Positions 27,972-37,319 of a stretch of DNA of 64,000 nt are shown here, in pieces. Every line of letters starts with the position of its first letter. Position 1 is the stretch's first letter. The position numbers and the translations under genes were made by a program. The notes under the pieces are model-generated. The model was not told the DNA's origin, did no database searches, and worked only from the letters and a program-made list of their open reading frames with translations. This DNA comes from an uncultured Pseudomonadota bacterium (GTDB lineage: Bacteria; Vulcanimicrobiota; Vulcanimicrobiia; Eremiobacterales; Eremiobacteraceae). The DNA is taken from assembly GCA_963736005.1 (NCBI GenBank), contig CAVTNB010000003.1, positions 128,001-192,000 of the forward strand, read 5' to 3'.

Positions 27972-29786
27972 GTCCGCTTGAAAGCTCGGGCGAGCGCTTC
28001 CGCATTGAAGCGCAGCGTCGTCGGCCTCCCATGCGGGCAGGTCTGCGGATCACGGCAGACCCGCAAGCGTTCGTACAGCGTCAACTGCTCCGCAACGCTG
28101 AGCGGTTCGTGCGCTCTGACGACCGAGTGACAAGCAACCGTTGCAAGGAGCTTGTGTCGACGCCGGCTTGCAGCGCTGTTGCCGCCGGAGCGGACCTGAA
28201 GGTCCGCTGCTACATTGTCCGCTGCTACCATTTTCCGCTGCTGCATTTTCCGCTGCTACATTTTCCGCTGCTGCATTTTCCGCTGCTACATTATCTGCTC
28301 CATTTGCCAGATCGTCGAGCACGCCAGCGAGATCGAAGCGGCGTTCACCGTAACCCGATGGCAATGCGCTCAAGCGGTACGCATCATCGCCAAACGGCTC
28401 GACCACGACACCCATGGCGATGAGATCGTCTTGGGAAGTTTCAAGCGTTGCGATCTGATCCGGCGTGAGCGAAACGATGCGCGGCAGGAGCAACGGCGCG
28501 GATGCTTCCATCACGCCGGCCCGTGCTTCAAGCGCCTCGAAGGCGATGCGTTCGTGAGCAGCGTGCTGGTCGATGATGAGCAGCTCGTGCCGGTCGCTGA
28601 TCACGATAAAGGTTTGATCGATTTGCCCAAGAGCCCGAGGCCCTCCGTCGAGGTTTTTCGATGGGTCCTCAGCTGAGCCGTCGAGGAGGGAAATTGCAGC
28701 TGCCTCCCCTGCGCCAGCATTACCGGGCGAAAATGGACTCGACGCGGACAGCGGACCGGTGGGTGCGGGCGCTTGGGAAGCGGACCCCGCTCGCAGCGCC
28801 TCATCGACCGCGCTGCGCACGACGTCGAAAACCGCGGCCGCACTCACGAAGCGCACTTCGATTTTGGTCGGATGAACATTGACATCAACGTCGCCGGGCG
28901 CAAGCGAGAGCATAAGGACCCCGTAGGGATAGCGTCCAGTCATCAATTTGTTCGCATAGGCTGCCGACCACGCGGTGCTCAAGGCAGGACTGCGGACCAA
29001 TCGGCCGTTGACAAAAATAACTTGGCCGTGCCGATTCGGACGATCCACTCCGATGCGCGACGTGAAGCCACCAATACCTATCATCATGTTTGGGGATGTG
29101 CTGACGTTCGTGAGCGATCCGCGACTGCCGCGACCGAAGACCATCTCCAAGCGGTCAACAGGAGCGCCAACTGCGGGCAACGACCAGACGTCCCGCCCTT
29201 CATGCCGCAGAGAAAAAGCAACCTTGGGCCAGCCAAGCGCAATGCGCGAGAGAAAGGCGCTGATGCGGGCGAACTCGCCCTTGTCGCTTCCAAGAAAATC
29301 CCGGCGAACGGGTGTGGCCGCAAAGAGATCGCGCACGACAACTTTGGTGCCAGGCGAAGCCGCCACGGGCTGAATGCTGCCGGCAACGCCGTTGCGAACG
29401 GCGACCCGAGCGCCAAAATTCTGCCCCGAGGCCCGTGAGATGATTTCAAGGTTGCCAGCAGCTGCGGCAATGCTCGCGAGCCCCTCACCGCGAAACCCAA
29501 GGGTTCGAATCGAAAACAAATCTGTTGCGCTCGACAGCTTGCTCGTGCCATGCCGATGCAAGGCAAGCGGCAGGTCTTCGGAAATGATGCCCCGCCCGTC
29601 ATCTTGCACGATAATTTCCGTGCGACCACCACCGCGCAGCTCGACGGCGACCCAAGATGCGCCAGCGTCAAGGCTGTTCTCGATGAGTTCTTTGACCACC
29701 GACACGGGCCGCTCGATGACTTCTCCGGCGGCAATCTGGGAAATGGTGGCTTCGTCGAGTAAACGGATGCGCTCCAACGTTTGCAC
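27968..29786 (-). CDS. mutL: DNA mismatch repair endonuclease MutL with an apparent +1 frameshift at about 28228 inside a REP-derived repeat
   Basis: IAAGEVIERP, GFRGEGL, DVNVHPTK, DQHAAHER in ORF 28050..29786; ACHS and CPHGRP in ORF 27968..28246. Confidence 0.93.
28188..28292 (-). repeat. REP family-1 copy plus five extra tandem 15-bp REP-head units inside mutL
   Basis: (AATG[T/C]AGCAGCGGA[A/C]) x6 running into CTTCAGGTCCGCTC. Confidence 0.9.
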
Positions 29787-29892
29787 GCGTGCAAATTCGT
29801 GGAACGTTAGGGTGTTCCCGCGAACAAGTTTGCAGAACCACAGGCGAGCCCGCGATCTCGCGCCTCGAGATTGTAATTCCAGCGGCTCACAT

Positions 29893-30006
29893 ATTCAGCT
29901 GGGTTACATCGGCGCCACCGAGGAGGCCGCTGAGGCCGTCGCGCTGCTCGTGTCGGATCGCGGGAAGTTCATAGCCGGCGTGATTTACCGTGTCGAGGTG
30001 GAATGA
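29893..30006 (+). pseudogene. C-terminal remnant of a short-chain dehydrogenase/reductase
   Basis: IQLGYIGATEEAAEAVALLVSDRGKFIAGVIYRVE resembles the SDR C-terminus (PLGR.G.PEEVA.AV.FL.SD...ITG...VDGG); no N-terminal part. Confidence 0.55.
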
Positions 30007-30100
30007 CGGGCGCCTGACGAATGTGCAGAAAGCTCGCATCATCGAATTTGCCCGCCGCGCGTACAAGCCGCGACTTGATGCGTTACGAAGAGGTACGGAC

Positions 30101-30490
30101 GTGAAAGTACAACTTGGCGCGGTCTGGCATTTCAGCCTTGCCGTCAGAGACCCGGAGAAGAGCGCGCAGTTTTGGACCAAGAACTTCGATCTGCATGAAA
30201 TGTTCCGGTCCGATGAGGCCATCGCGCTGACGAACGACGCAATTATCATCGGGTTCTTCAAAGGCACACCACATCCGGACACGATTGACCACATGTCGTT
30301 TTACCTCGACAGCATGCGCGCGCTACACGAAGCGCTCGAGATGCTGAAGAAAAACGGCGTAGAACTGGAAGATCCCGGCAACGAGATCGGCCCCACAGGG
30401 CCGGGCTCGCCGCATATGGGCCTGTGGTTTCACGATCCGGACGGGTATCGCTGGGAGCTCTCGGTTCGGAACGGTGCCCGCGAGCGCTAA
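30101..30490 (+). CDS. VOC/glyoxalase family protein
   Basis: HFSLAVRDPEKS, IDHMSF, WFHDPDGYRWEL. Confidence 0.88.
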   Translation: MKVQLGAVWHFSLAVRDPEKSAQFWTKNFDLHEMFRSDEAIALTNDAIIIGFFKGTPHPDTIDHMSFYLDSMRALHEALEMLKKNGVELEDPGNEIGPTGPGSPHMGLWFHDPDGYRWELSVRNGARER

Positions 30491-30597
30491 CCGCGCAGCG
30501 CTAACGAGGCGATATGTCACTAAAATGATACCTGCTCACAATTCCTCCTTATGCTAAACGCCACCTCGGGTCAGGGAGGCCGCAGAGTAGGTCGCCG

Positions 30598-30825
30598 TTG
30601 CCGCGTACTCCAATACAACGTATCAGCAAAGACGTATACACCTTTAGTTTAAGCGGGGCGAAGCCGAGCGAAGAGTTTCCAGAAAACTTACGTGAGGCGT
30701 TTGTGATCATCGTTCAAATGTTAAGAACGCTGACTGACGAAACAAACGAGCCCGCAGCCGCATTGACGCCAAAGCTTGTCGTGTCGCTTGGAGATTGTGC
30801 CTATTGTGATGTCTGCGGATTGTAA
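30598..30825 (+). CDS. Small hypothetical protein ending in CxxCxxC
   Basis: 75-aa ORF filling an intergenic gap, C-terminus CAYCDVCGL. Confidence 0.4.
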   Translation: MPRTPIQRISKDVYTFSLSGAKPSEEFPENLREAFVIIVQMLRTLTDETNEPAAALTPKLVVSLGDCAYCDVCGL

Positions 30826-30868
30826 TCGCTTGTCGCGGTAAAGCGCTGGTTGAGTTAAATTCGCGGGA

Positions 30869-32419
30869 CTAGATTGGCGGGGTGAACACGCGCATCGAGT
30901 TGCGCCCGTTTTGCTTCGCTTGGTAGAGCGCAACGTCTGCGGCTTTGATGAGGGCCTGCTTCGTCGTCACATCCTGTGGATAACTGGCCACGCCAATGGA
31001 AACGGTCGTGTTGACCGTAACTTTGTCAAAAACGAAATCCATTTCCTCGATGGTCTTGCGGATACGCCCAGCAACGACCGCCGCCTCAGACTTGATCGTG
31101 CCAGGCATCACCACGACAAGCTCGTCACCGCCATACCGGCAGCAAACATCGTCACGGCGAGCTTGCTCCCGCAGCAGCGCGCCGAATCGCCGCAGCACTT
31201 CATCCCCCGCCGGATGGCCGTACGTGTCGTTGATGCCCTTGAAATTATCCAGATCGATAATGAGCAGGGAAAGGGAGTTGCGGCCGGCCTGAGCTTTGCG
31301 GAACTCGACTTCCAGGCGCTCGTGATAGGCTCGACTGGTAAGGAGTCCGGTGAGCAAATCGGTATCGGCCATGGCTCTGGTGCGGCTGTGCAACAAGGCG
31401 TTGCGCACGCCGACTGAGGCCAGCGAAATGAGACGGCTAACGAGACCCAATTGCTCCGCGGTGTATGCATTAGGATACGTGGCGATGAGCTGAACGCACC
31501 CAACGGTTTGACCGTCCCCGATGATTGGCACGACCAGACTGCCTCGCGAGCCCTTGTGCAGATCGCCATCGGGTTGCCGCGCGTCTTTGTGGAGGTCGGC
31601 GACAAGCGCCGCTCGCTGCTTAGCAGCCGCGTACCCGACCACGCCCGTGCCAAACGCAAGCTTCATGCCGCGATACGCCGCGGCATCGCTACCCGCGATT
31701 TCCGCCGCAACCAGCATCTCTTCTTCCGCCATCTCATCGTATTGCACGACATAGATGACGCACGTATCCCAAGGAACGACGCGGCGGAACTGACCGAGCA
31801 GGTTGAGCAGCTGCACGAGCACGTCCGAGAGTGAAAGTTGGGCGCCTAATTCCGATCCGGCATTGAGGACTTGATCGATGGCGCGCACCTGGCGTTCTGC
31901 GCGCCGCCGCCCGTACAAAGCGTAGAGGATGGTTAGGTAGGGCGCGAAGGTGAGCGTGACGATCTCAAGCGCAGCGGGCTGCGCGGCACTCGGCGCAAAA
32001 CGCGTCGCAATTGCAAACAAGACAGCATCGACCAGCACGAGCACGACGAGCCCAGCAGGCAAAGTTAGCATGGCCACATCGAGAGCTGGTATCATGACAA
32101 AAAGCGTCATGCCGTACAGTTTGGTGACCAGCGCAGCGTAGGCGACGTCAATGGTCACGAGCGCCGGGACCACGAGCGGGTGCATTTGCGCAAATCGAAG
32201 ATCTCCGCGATCGCGCTGTTGATAGATGGCTGCGAATACCGTCGTGATTGCACCGTACACTAAGAGCGCCCAACGGATATTTGCAGGAACCGCTGCGGCC
32301 ATCGGGAGGGCAAGAAGATAGCCAATGGCAAGCCATCGCGCAGCAGCGACCACGAGCGGATAGGTCAGTGCGTCCGCAAGCCGGCGCACCCCGTGATCGG
32401 ATAGGTCCTTTGTCCTCAC
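30869..32419 (-). CDS. Membrane-anchored GAF-GGDEF diguanylate cyclase
   Basis: N-terminal TMs, GAF, DLDNFKGINDTYGH, RxxD I-site, RYGGDEL. Confidence 0.92.
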   Translation of the reverse strand: MRTKDLSDHGVRRLADALTYPLVVAAARWLAIGYLLALPMAAAVPANIRWALLVYGAITTVFAAIYQQRDRGDLRFAQMHPLVVPALVTIDVAYAALVTKLYGMTLFVMIPALDVAMLTLPAGLVVLVLVDAVLFAIATRFAPSAAQPAALEIVTLTFAPYLTILYALYGRRRAERQVRAIDQVLNAGSELGAQLSLSDVLVQLLNLLGQFRRVVPWDTCVIYVVQYDEMAEEEMLVAAEIAGSDAAAYRGMKLAFGTGVVGYAAAKQRAALVADLHKDARQPDGDLHKGSRGSLVVPIIGDGQTVGCVQLIATYPNAYTAEQLGLVSRLISLASVGVRNALLHSRTRAMADTDLLTGLLTSRAYHERLEVEFRKAQAGRNSLSLLIIDLDNFKGINDTYGHPAGDEVLRRFGALLREQARRDDVCCRYGGDELVVVMPGTIKSEAAVVAGRIRKTIEEMDFVFDKVTVNTTVSIGVASYPQDVTTKQALIKAADVALYQAKQNGRNSMRVFTPPI

Positions 32420-32476
32420 AATACAAAGGACGGTTGCGGGCCGGCTATGTTACAGCAGCCGTGCGAATGCGCGAGG

Positions 32477-32492
32477 AGTGACGCGCATCACA
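32477..32492. promoter_or_regulatory. CRP-like operator upstream of the diguanylate cyclase
   Basis: AGTGA-CGCGCA-TCACA, 9/10 match to TGTGA-N6-TCACA. Confidence 0.5.
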
Positions 32493-32504
32493 CCCCGAGC
32501 AACC

Positions 32505-35084
32505 CTAGAGCATCTTGATTTCCAGTTGATCTTGCTCCACCGACCCCTTGCCGGCTGCTTTCGAACGCTTCGTCGTCACTGCCGGCCGTTGCTCGAGTTC
32601 CGCGGCGATCTCTTGAGCTCGCTGCACGACCGGCTTGGGTAGGCCCGCCATGTTGGCGACCGCGATGCCGAACGATCGACTGCTCGACCCCGGCAGTAGA
32701 CGATGGGAAAAAACTGGTCCGGTTGGCTCGTCGGCCACCGCAACGTGAAGATTCGCGATCGCGCGGTACGACTTCGCTAGATCCACGAGCTCGTGAAAAT
32801 GCGTTGCGAACAAAACGATCGGGAGCGCTTCGCCCAAATTGAGCAAGTATTCACTAATGGCTTGCGCGATGGACAAGCCATCGATCGTGCCGGTTCCCCG
32901 GCCAACTTCGTCGATCAAGAGCAAACTGCGTGGCGTGCAGTTGCGTAAGATCAGGGCCATCTCGGCCATCTCGACATAGAACGTGGAACGGCCAGCGGCG
33001 ATGTCATCACCCGCGCCGATTCTCGTGAAGAGTCGATCGACGACGCCCAGCCGAGCGTTGGCCGCGGGCACAAATGATCCCATCTGCGCGAGAATCGACA
33101 TGAGCGCCGTCTGTCTGAGATAGGTGGATTTTCCGCCCATGTTTGGACCGGTGATGAGCAAGAAGCGGTGCTCGCCATCCACTCGACACTCATTGGGAAC
33201 GAAATCGAGGCCGCCGTACGCCTCGACGACTGGGTGTCTGCCGGCATCAACGGTTAAGCTGCTCTCCTCGAGCATCACCGGTCGCACGTACCGTCGTTCG
33301 GCTGCCACCTGTGCAAGCGAGCAGAAAACATCGATTTCTGCGATGATCCGAGCACACGCCAGCAAACCAGGCCGCAAACTGTCTATTCGCTCCACGAGTT
33401 CGTCGAAGAGCCGCCTTTCGAGGGTGACCTGGTGCGATCGACTCGTTACTAAGCGGGTTTCCAGCTCTTTGAGGCGCGGATCGCTGAACCGCTCGGCGTT
33501 CACCAGACTCTGCTTGCGCACGAACTCCGCGGGCATAGCTTGGGCGTGACTGCGCGTGACCTCATAGTAGTACCCGAATGCCTGGGTGTATTTGATCTTG
33601 AGTACCTTGACGCCGGTCTCCGTGCGCACGTCAGCTTCGAGCGAGAGGAGCTGCTCCCGTCCGTTGTTGCGCAAGCCGAGCAGCTCAGCGAGTTCGGCGC
33701 TGTGCTGCGGTCGAATGACGCCTCCTTCGAGGAGCGTCGCGCTCGGTTCGTCGAGCAAGGTCTGTGCGATGATTGCGCAAGCGTCTGTTGCCGCATCATC
33801 CCCCGCGAGCGCTGCTGCAAAAGAGCCAAACAGTTTGCCGCCCATTCCGCGCAATTGCTCCGCCGCCACGGCAACGAATTCGAGCGAGCGGCGTAACCCT
33901 GCGAGATCGCGTGGCCCGGCTCGGCGCGCGTGGATCTTCTGAGCGATCCGCTCGATGTCGCCGATCGTGCCAAGCGTCCGCTGCAGATCCAGTCGAAATG
34001 ACGGGGCATCAAAAAATGCCTCGACGCTATCGTGCCTGTGGGCGATCGCCGCAAGGTCCAGCAGCGGAGCGCACATCCACGAAGCGATCAGGCGACTTCC
34101 CATTGGAGTTTTCGCCTTGCTCACCACACCGAGTAACGAGGCGGCTTTGCTTTCCCCCGATCCCGCCAACAGATCCAGGTGCCCCCGCGTCGTGCGATCG
34201 AGGACCATGGTCCGGCGGGTCTCATGCAACACGGCTGATTCCGTCAGCGTCCTGCCATCGATGCGTACGTATCGAAGGTAGCGTTCGAGCAATTGTAATG
34301 CTTCGCGAGCAGCCGCGCGTTCGGCCATGGCGACGCGAGCAACGACCGGCGGATCCGCAGACTGCGCTTCGGCCGGGTCGCAAACTGCGATGCGACACTC
34401 AGAGGAAACCAGGGGTTTGAATCGCTCGATATCCTCGTCCGCTTCAACAATCAATTCTGCCGGCGAGAGGCGACCGAGCTCCGAGGCGAGCGCGTCTTCG
34501 TCTTCGACGATGCTCATAGCGGTCGATGAGGTCGAGATGTCCGTTGACGCGATCGCGGTGACTCCCGCGGCCTGCGCGACGGCGCAAAGAAAATTGTTGC
34601 GCGAGGCCTCAAGGAATTGGTCTTCGAGCACTGTTCCCGGGGTGAGCACGCGCACGATCTCGCGGCGCACGAGCCGATTAGGGACAGGTTCTTCCATTTG
34701 TTCGGCCATGGCGACGATGCGACGCTGACGCAGAAGCCGCGCTAAGTAGTGGTCGACGCTGTGGTGCGGCACTCCAGCCATGGCAACGCGCTTGCCTTTG
34801 CCCGCCTCTTTCGAAGTGCACACGATATTGAGCGCGGTGGCGAGCTCGCTTGCGTCATCACCGTACGCCTCGTAAAAATCTCCGACCCGCGAAAGCAACA
34901 ACGCTTCCGGATATTCGGCTTTAAGCGAGAGGTACTGAGCGATCAGGGGCGAGGTGCCAGAGGCTTCCGAGGCGGCATCGACAGCCGCCGTTCGCGCCGT
35001 CTTGGTTTTCCTTGCGTCCTCGTGCGGCGCTCGCACACCGCGGGCGTTGCGAATGGTTATGCCACCTGACCGATGAGGCCCCAT
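32505..35084 (-). CDS. mutS: DNA mismatch repair protein MutS (true start probably slightly downstream)
   Basis: GDFYE, TGPNMGGKSTYLRQ, STFYVEM, DEVGRGT, ATHFHEL. Confidence 0.97.
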   Translation of the reverse strand: MGPHRSGGITIRNARGVRAPHEDARKTKTARTAAVDAASEASGTSPLIAQYLSLKAEYPEALLLSRVGDFYEAYGDDASELATALNIVCTSKEAGKGKRVAMAGVPHHSVDHYLARLLRQRRIVAMAEQMEEPVPNRLVRREIVRVLTPGTVLEDQFLEASRNNFLCAVAQAAGVTAIASTDISTSSTAMSIVEDEDALASELGRLSPAELIVEADEDIERFKPLVSSECRIAVCDPAEAQSADPPVVARVAMAERAAAREALQLLERYLRYVRIDGRTLTESAVLHETRRTMVLDRTTRGHLDLLAGSGESKAASLLGVVSKAKTPMGSRLIASWMCAPLLDLAAIAHRHDSVEAFFDAPSFRLDLQRTLGTIGDIERIAQKIHARRAGPRDLAGLRRSLEFVAVAAEQLRGMGGKLFGSFAAALAGDDAATDACAIIAQTLLDEPSATLLEGGVIRPQHSAELAELLGLRNNGREQLLSLEADVRTETGVKVLKIKYTQAFGYYYEVTRSHAQAMPAEFVRKQSLVNAERFSDPRLKELETRLVTSRSHQVTLERRLFDELVERIDSLRPGLLACARIIAEIDVFCSLAQVAAERRYVRPVMLEESSLTVDAGRHPVVEAYGGLDFVPNECRVDGEHRFLLITGPNMGGKSTYLRQTALMSILAQMGSFVPAANARLGVVDRLFTRIGAGDDIAAGRSTFYVEMAEMALILRNCTPRSLLLIDEVGRGTGTIDGLSIAQAISEYLLNLGEALPIVLFATHFHELVDLAKSYRAIANLHVAVADEPTGPVFSHRLLPGSSSRSFGIAVANMAGLPKPVVQRAQEIAAELEQRPAVTTKRSKAAGKGSVEQDQLEIKML

Positions 35085-36367
35085 GAATGCGCCTGCTCCA
35101 CCGTCACGTCCACTGACGCAGCATGCTTGGTCTTCTCATCGCGCGGCCAGATGACGGTTACATTGTGCCCGCTCTTACCCGCCATGCGAGTGGCGTCTTT
35201 TTTCGAAGGGCCAGAAGCGAGAACTCGCACCGTTTCACCGAGGAAGCCTTCATGGAAACGCCGCGAGCATTCGTTCTGCGCGGTGTTGATCGCTTGCAGT
35301 CTGCGCAACTTCTCTTGTGGATCTACTTGCGGGGTCATCGTCGCCGCCGGGGTGCCCGATCGCGGCGAGTATGCAAAGATGAAGGCGTATTCGAACGTGC
35401 CGCACCGGACGAGTTCCAACGTTTTTTGAAAGTCGGCTTCGGTTTCGGTGGGAAAACCACAAATGATGTCGGTCGTGAGAGCCCAGCGGGGCAAGCGCTC
35501 TCGGAAATAGGCAATCTTCTCCAGGTACTCTTCGATCGTGTACAGCCGAGCCATCGCCTTGAGCACGTCATTGCTTCCGGATTGGACCGGGAGGTGAAGG
35601 CGGGGCTGCACGTTGGGTAATTCGCTGAGCGCGTCGACAACTTCGCGGTTGAAATCATGCGGGTGCGAGGTCAAAAAGGTTAGCCGATCCAGGCCCTCGA
35701 TCGCGCCAATTCGTCGTAACAGGTTTGCAAAGTTCAGTCCCTCATACGAATACGAGTTGACGTTTTGGCCAAGCAGCGTAATCTCTTTAGCGCCGCAGCG
35801 AATCTCCCGCAGCACTTGCTCCTCGATTTCCTCGGGTGGAATGCTCTCGAGCGGACCGCGCGTGTACGGCACGATACAGTACGTGCAGAACTTTTCACAG
35901 CCGCGCGTGATACTGACGAGCGCCCGCAGGTGCGCGTATTCGAGGGGGGAGTCGCTGTCGGGGGCATCTTCTGCCGAGGGCAAGCGCATCGGGGTTTGGG
36001 GAGGCGGCAGATCGGTCGGCACGCCCCAGTCGGCAAGGAGAGTCTTGAACCGCCGGTATTCTCGGGGACCCAAAAGCGCATCCACCCAGGGCGCCTTCTT
36101 GCGCATGATTTGCCGATCTTTTTCTGCGAGACATCCAGCGACGAGCAACTTGCTGTCCGCCCGCTTGATCGTTTTGAGTTGGCCGAGTCGGCCGTATACA
36201 CGAGTTTCCGCCTTTTCCCGAATGGCACAAGTGTTGACGATGAGGATGTCCGCATTCTCCGGTGCGTCGGTGAAGGAGCATCCCAGCGACCACGCCTGGT
36301 GCGCAAGGCCGTTGGAATCGGCCACGTTCATTTGGCAGCCGAAGGTCTGCAGATAAATCGAGGGCAT
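35057..36367 (-). CDS. miaB: tRNA-2-methylthio-N6-dimethylallyladenosine synthase
   Basis: TFGCQMNVADS, NTCAIREKAE, GCEKFCTYCIVPYTRG, TRAM domain. Confidence 0.95.
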   Translation of the reverse strand: MPSIYLQTFGCQMNVADSNGLAHQAWSLGCSFTDAPENADILIVNTCAIREKAETRVYGRLGQLKTIKRADSKLLVAGCLAEKDRQIMRKKAPWVDALLGPREYRRFKTLLADWGVPTDLPPPQTPMRLPSAEDAPDSDSPLEYAHLRALVSITRGCEKFCTYCIVPYTRGPLESIPPEEIEEQVLREIRCGAKEITLLGQNVNSYSYEGLNFANLLRRIGAIEGLDRLTFLTSHPHDFNREVVDALSELPNVQPRLHLPVQSGSNDVLKAMARLYTIEEYLEKIAYFRERLPRWALTTDIICGFPTETEADFQKTLELVRCGTFEYAFIFAYSPRSGTPAATMTPQVDPQEKLRRLQAINTAQNECSRRFHEGFLGETVRVLASGPSKKDATRMAGKSGHNVTVIWPRDEKTKHAASVDVTVEQAHSWGLIGQVA

Positions 36368-36386
36368 CCCCTAGATTTGAAGCCTC

Positions 36387-36454
36387 TGTAGCAGCGCACC
36401 TTTAGGTGCGCTCGATACTCTGCATCCGGAGCGGACCTGAAGGTCCGCTGCTAC
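36387..36454. repeat. Inverted REP family-1 doublet (REPIN/BIME-like)
   Basis: tgtagcagcgcacctttaggtgcgctc ... gagcggacctgaaggtccgctgctac. Confidence 0.88.
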
Positions 36455-36470
36455 GGAGGCTGTGCTTCTG

Positions 36471-37238
36471 CTAGCTCTTGCCGGAGAGGCGGTTGAGCAA
36501 TGAGACCGGTAGGAAGGGCTTGTCGCCCACCATCGCAGGAGCAACGCTCAAGGTACCCGGTTTGCCGTTCATCGTGTAAGCGAGCGACCCCACGGAACAT
36601 TCCAACTCGACGCCTCGGTAGTGAATCGTTATGTCGTCACCATTCACCACGAAGTCGCTGAGCGGCACGTAGTCTTGCAGCGCTGCGAGCATATCTTCGT
36701 TTGTGCTTGACTGCCCGGCGTTTGGACTTTGAGGTGCGAGCGAAATGGTCGTGGTCATGTCGGGATAGATGTGGAAACTGCTGGCGGTTCGTTGGTTGCC
36801 CCGAACGACGACTAAGATGTGATCGCCCGCCGGCAGCTGTTGGGCGTCATTGGTTGACGTCACCTCCGTGCCATCGATAGAAACCTTCGCACCATCGGAA
36901 TCTCGCATGCGCAGGGTCCCTTTAGCCGGATTCGCGGATGGCCGCAATCCGGCATTCTGATTCAGCACGGCGCTCACCGTGGTGACATGACCTACGGTGA
37001 CATCGGCCGCGGTGCTTTGCGGCTGCCAACCAGATCGCGTCAGCAAGATGACGTGATGTCCGCTCTCGAGCCCATCGATGAAAAGTGGAGTCTCGCCGAC
37101 GTATTGTCCGTCCAGCCAAACGGTTGCGCCTGGCGGCAGGGTGGTGACGTACACGCTACCGTGACCCTGCGCGGCCACGCAACAGACCGAAGTTAGGAGC
37201 ATGAGCGCAAACGCAACCGCGGCTATGCGAGACGTCAT
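36471..37238 (-). CDS. Secreted PEGA-domain protein with C-terminal copper-amine-oxidase-N-like domain
   Basis: VTTLPPGATVWLDGQYVGETPL; APAMVGDKPFLPV. Confidence 0.8.
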   Translation of the reverse strand: MTSRIAAVAFALMLLTSVCCVAAQGHGSVYVTTLPPGATVWLDGQYVGETPLFIDGLESGHHVILLTRSGWQPQSTAADVTVGHVTTVSAVLNQNAGLRPSANPAKGTLRMRDSDGAKVSIDGTEVTSTNDAQQLPAGDHILVVVRGNQRTASSFHIYPDMTTTISLAPQSPNAGQSSTNEDMLAALQDYVPLSDFVVNGDDITIHYRGVELECSVGSLAYTMNGKPGTLSVAPAMVGDKPFLPVSLLNRLSGKS

Positions 37239-37319
37239 GTCGGAAGTCGTTCTCTTTGGACTTGTGCTGCCCTGTAGCCGGGGGCGACTGCGACTCCGAT
37301 AGCGAATTCTTGCTGCACA

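Noticed and set aside
30869..31300. Inactive cyclase because of GGDEL
   Set aside because: The catalytic GGDE residues and upstream D..FK.IND..GH are intact; the fifth position tolerates hydrophobic substitution.
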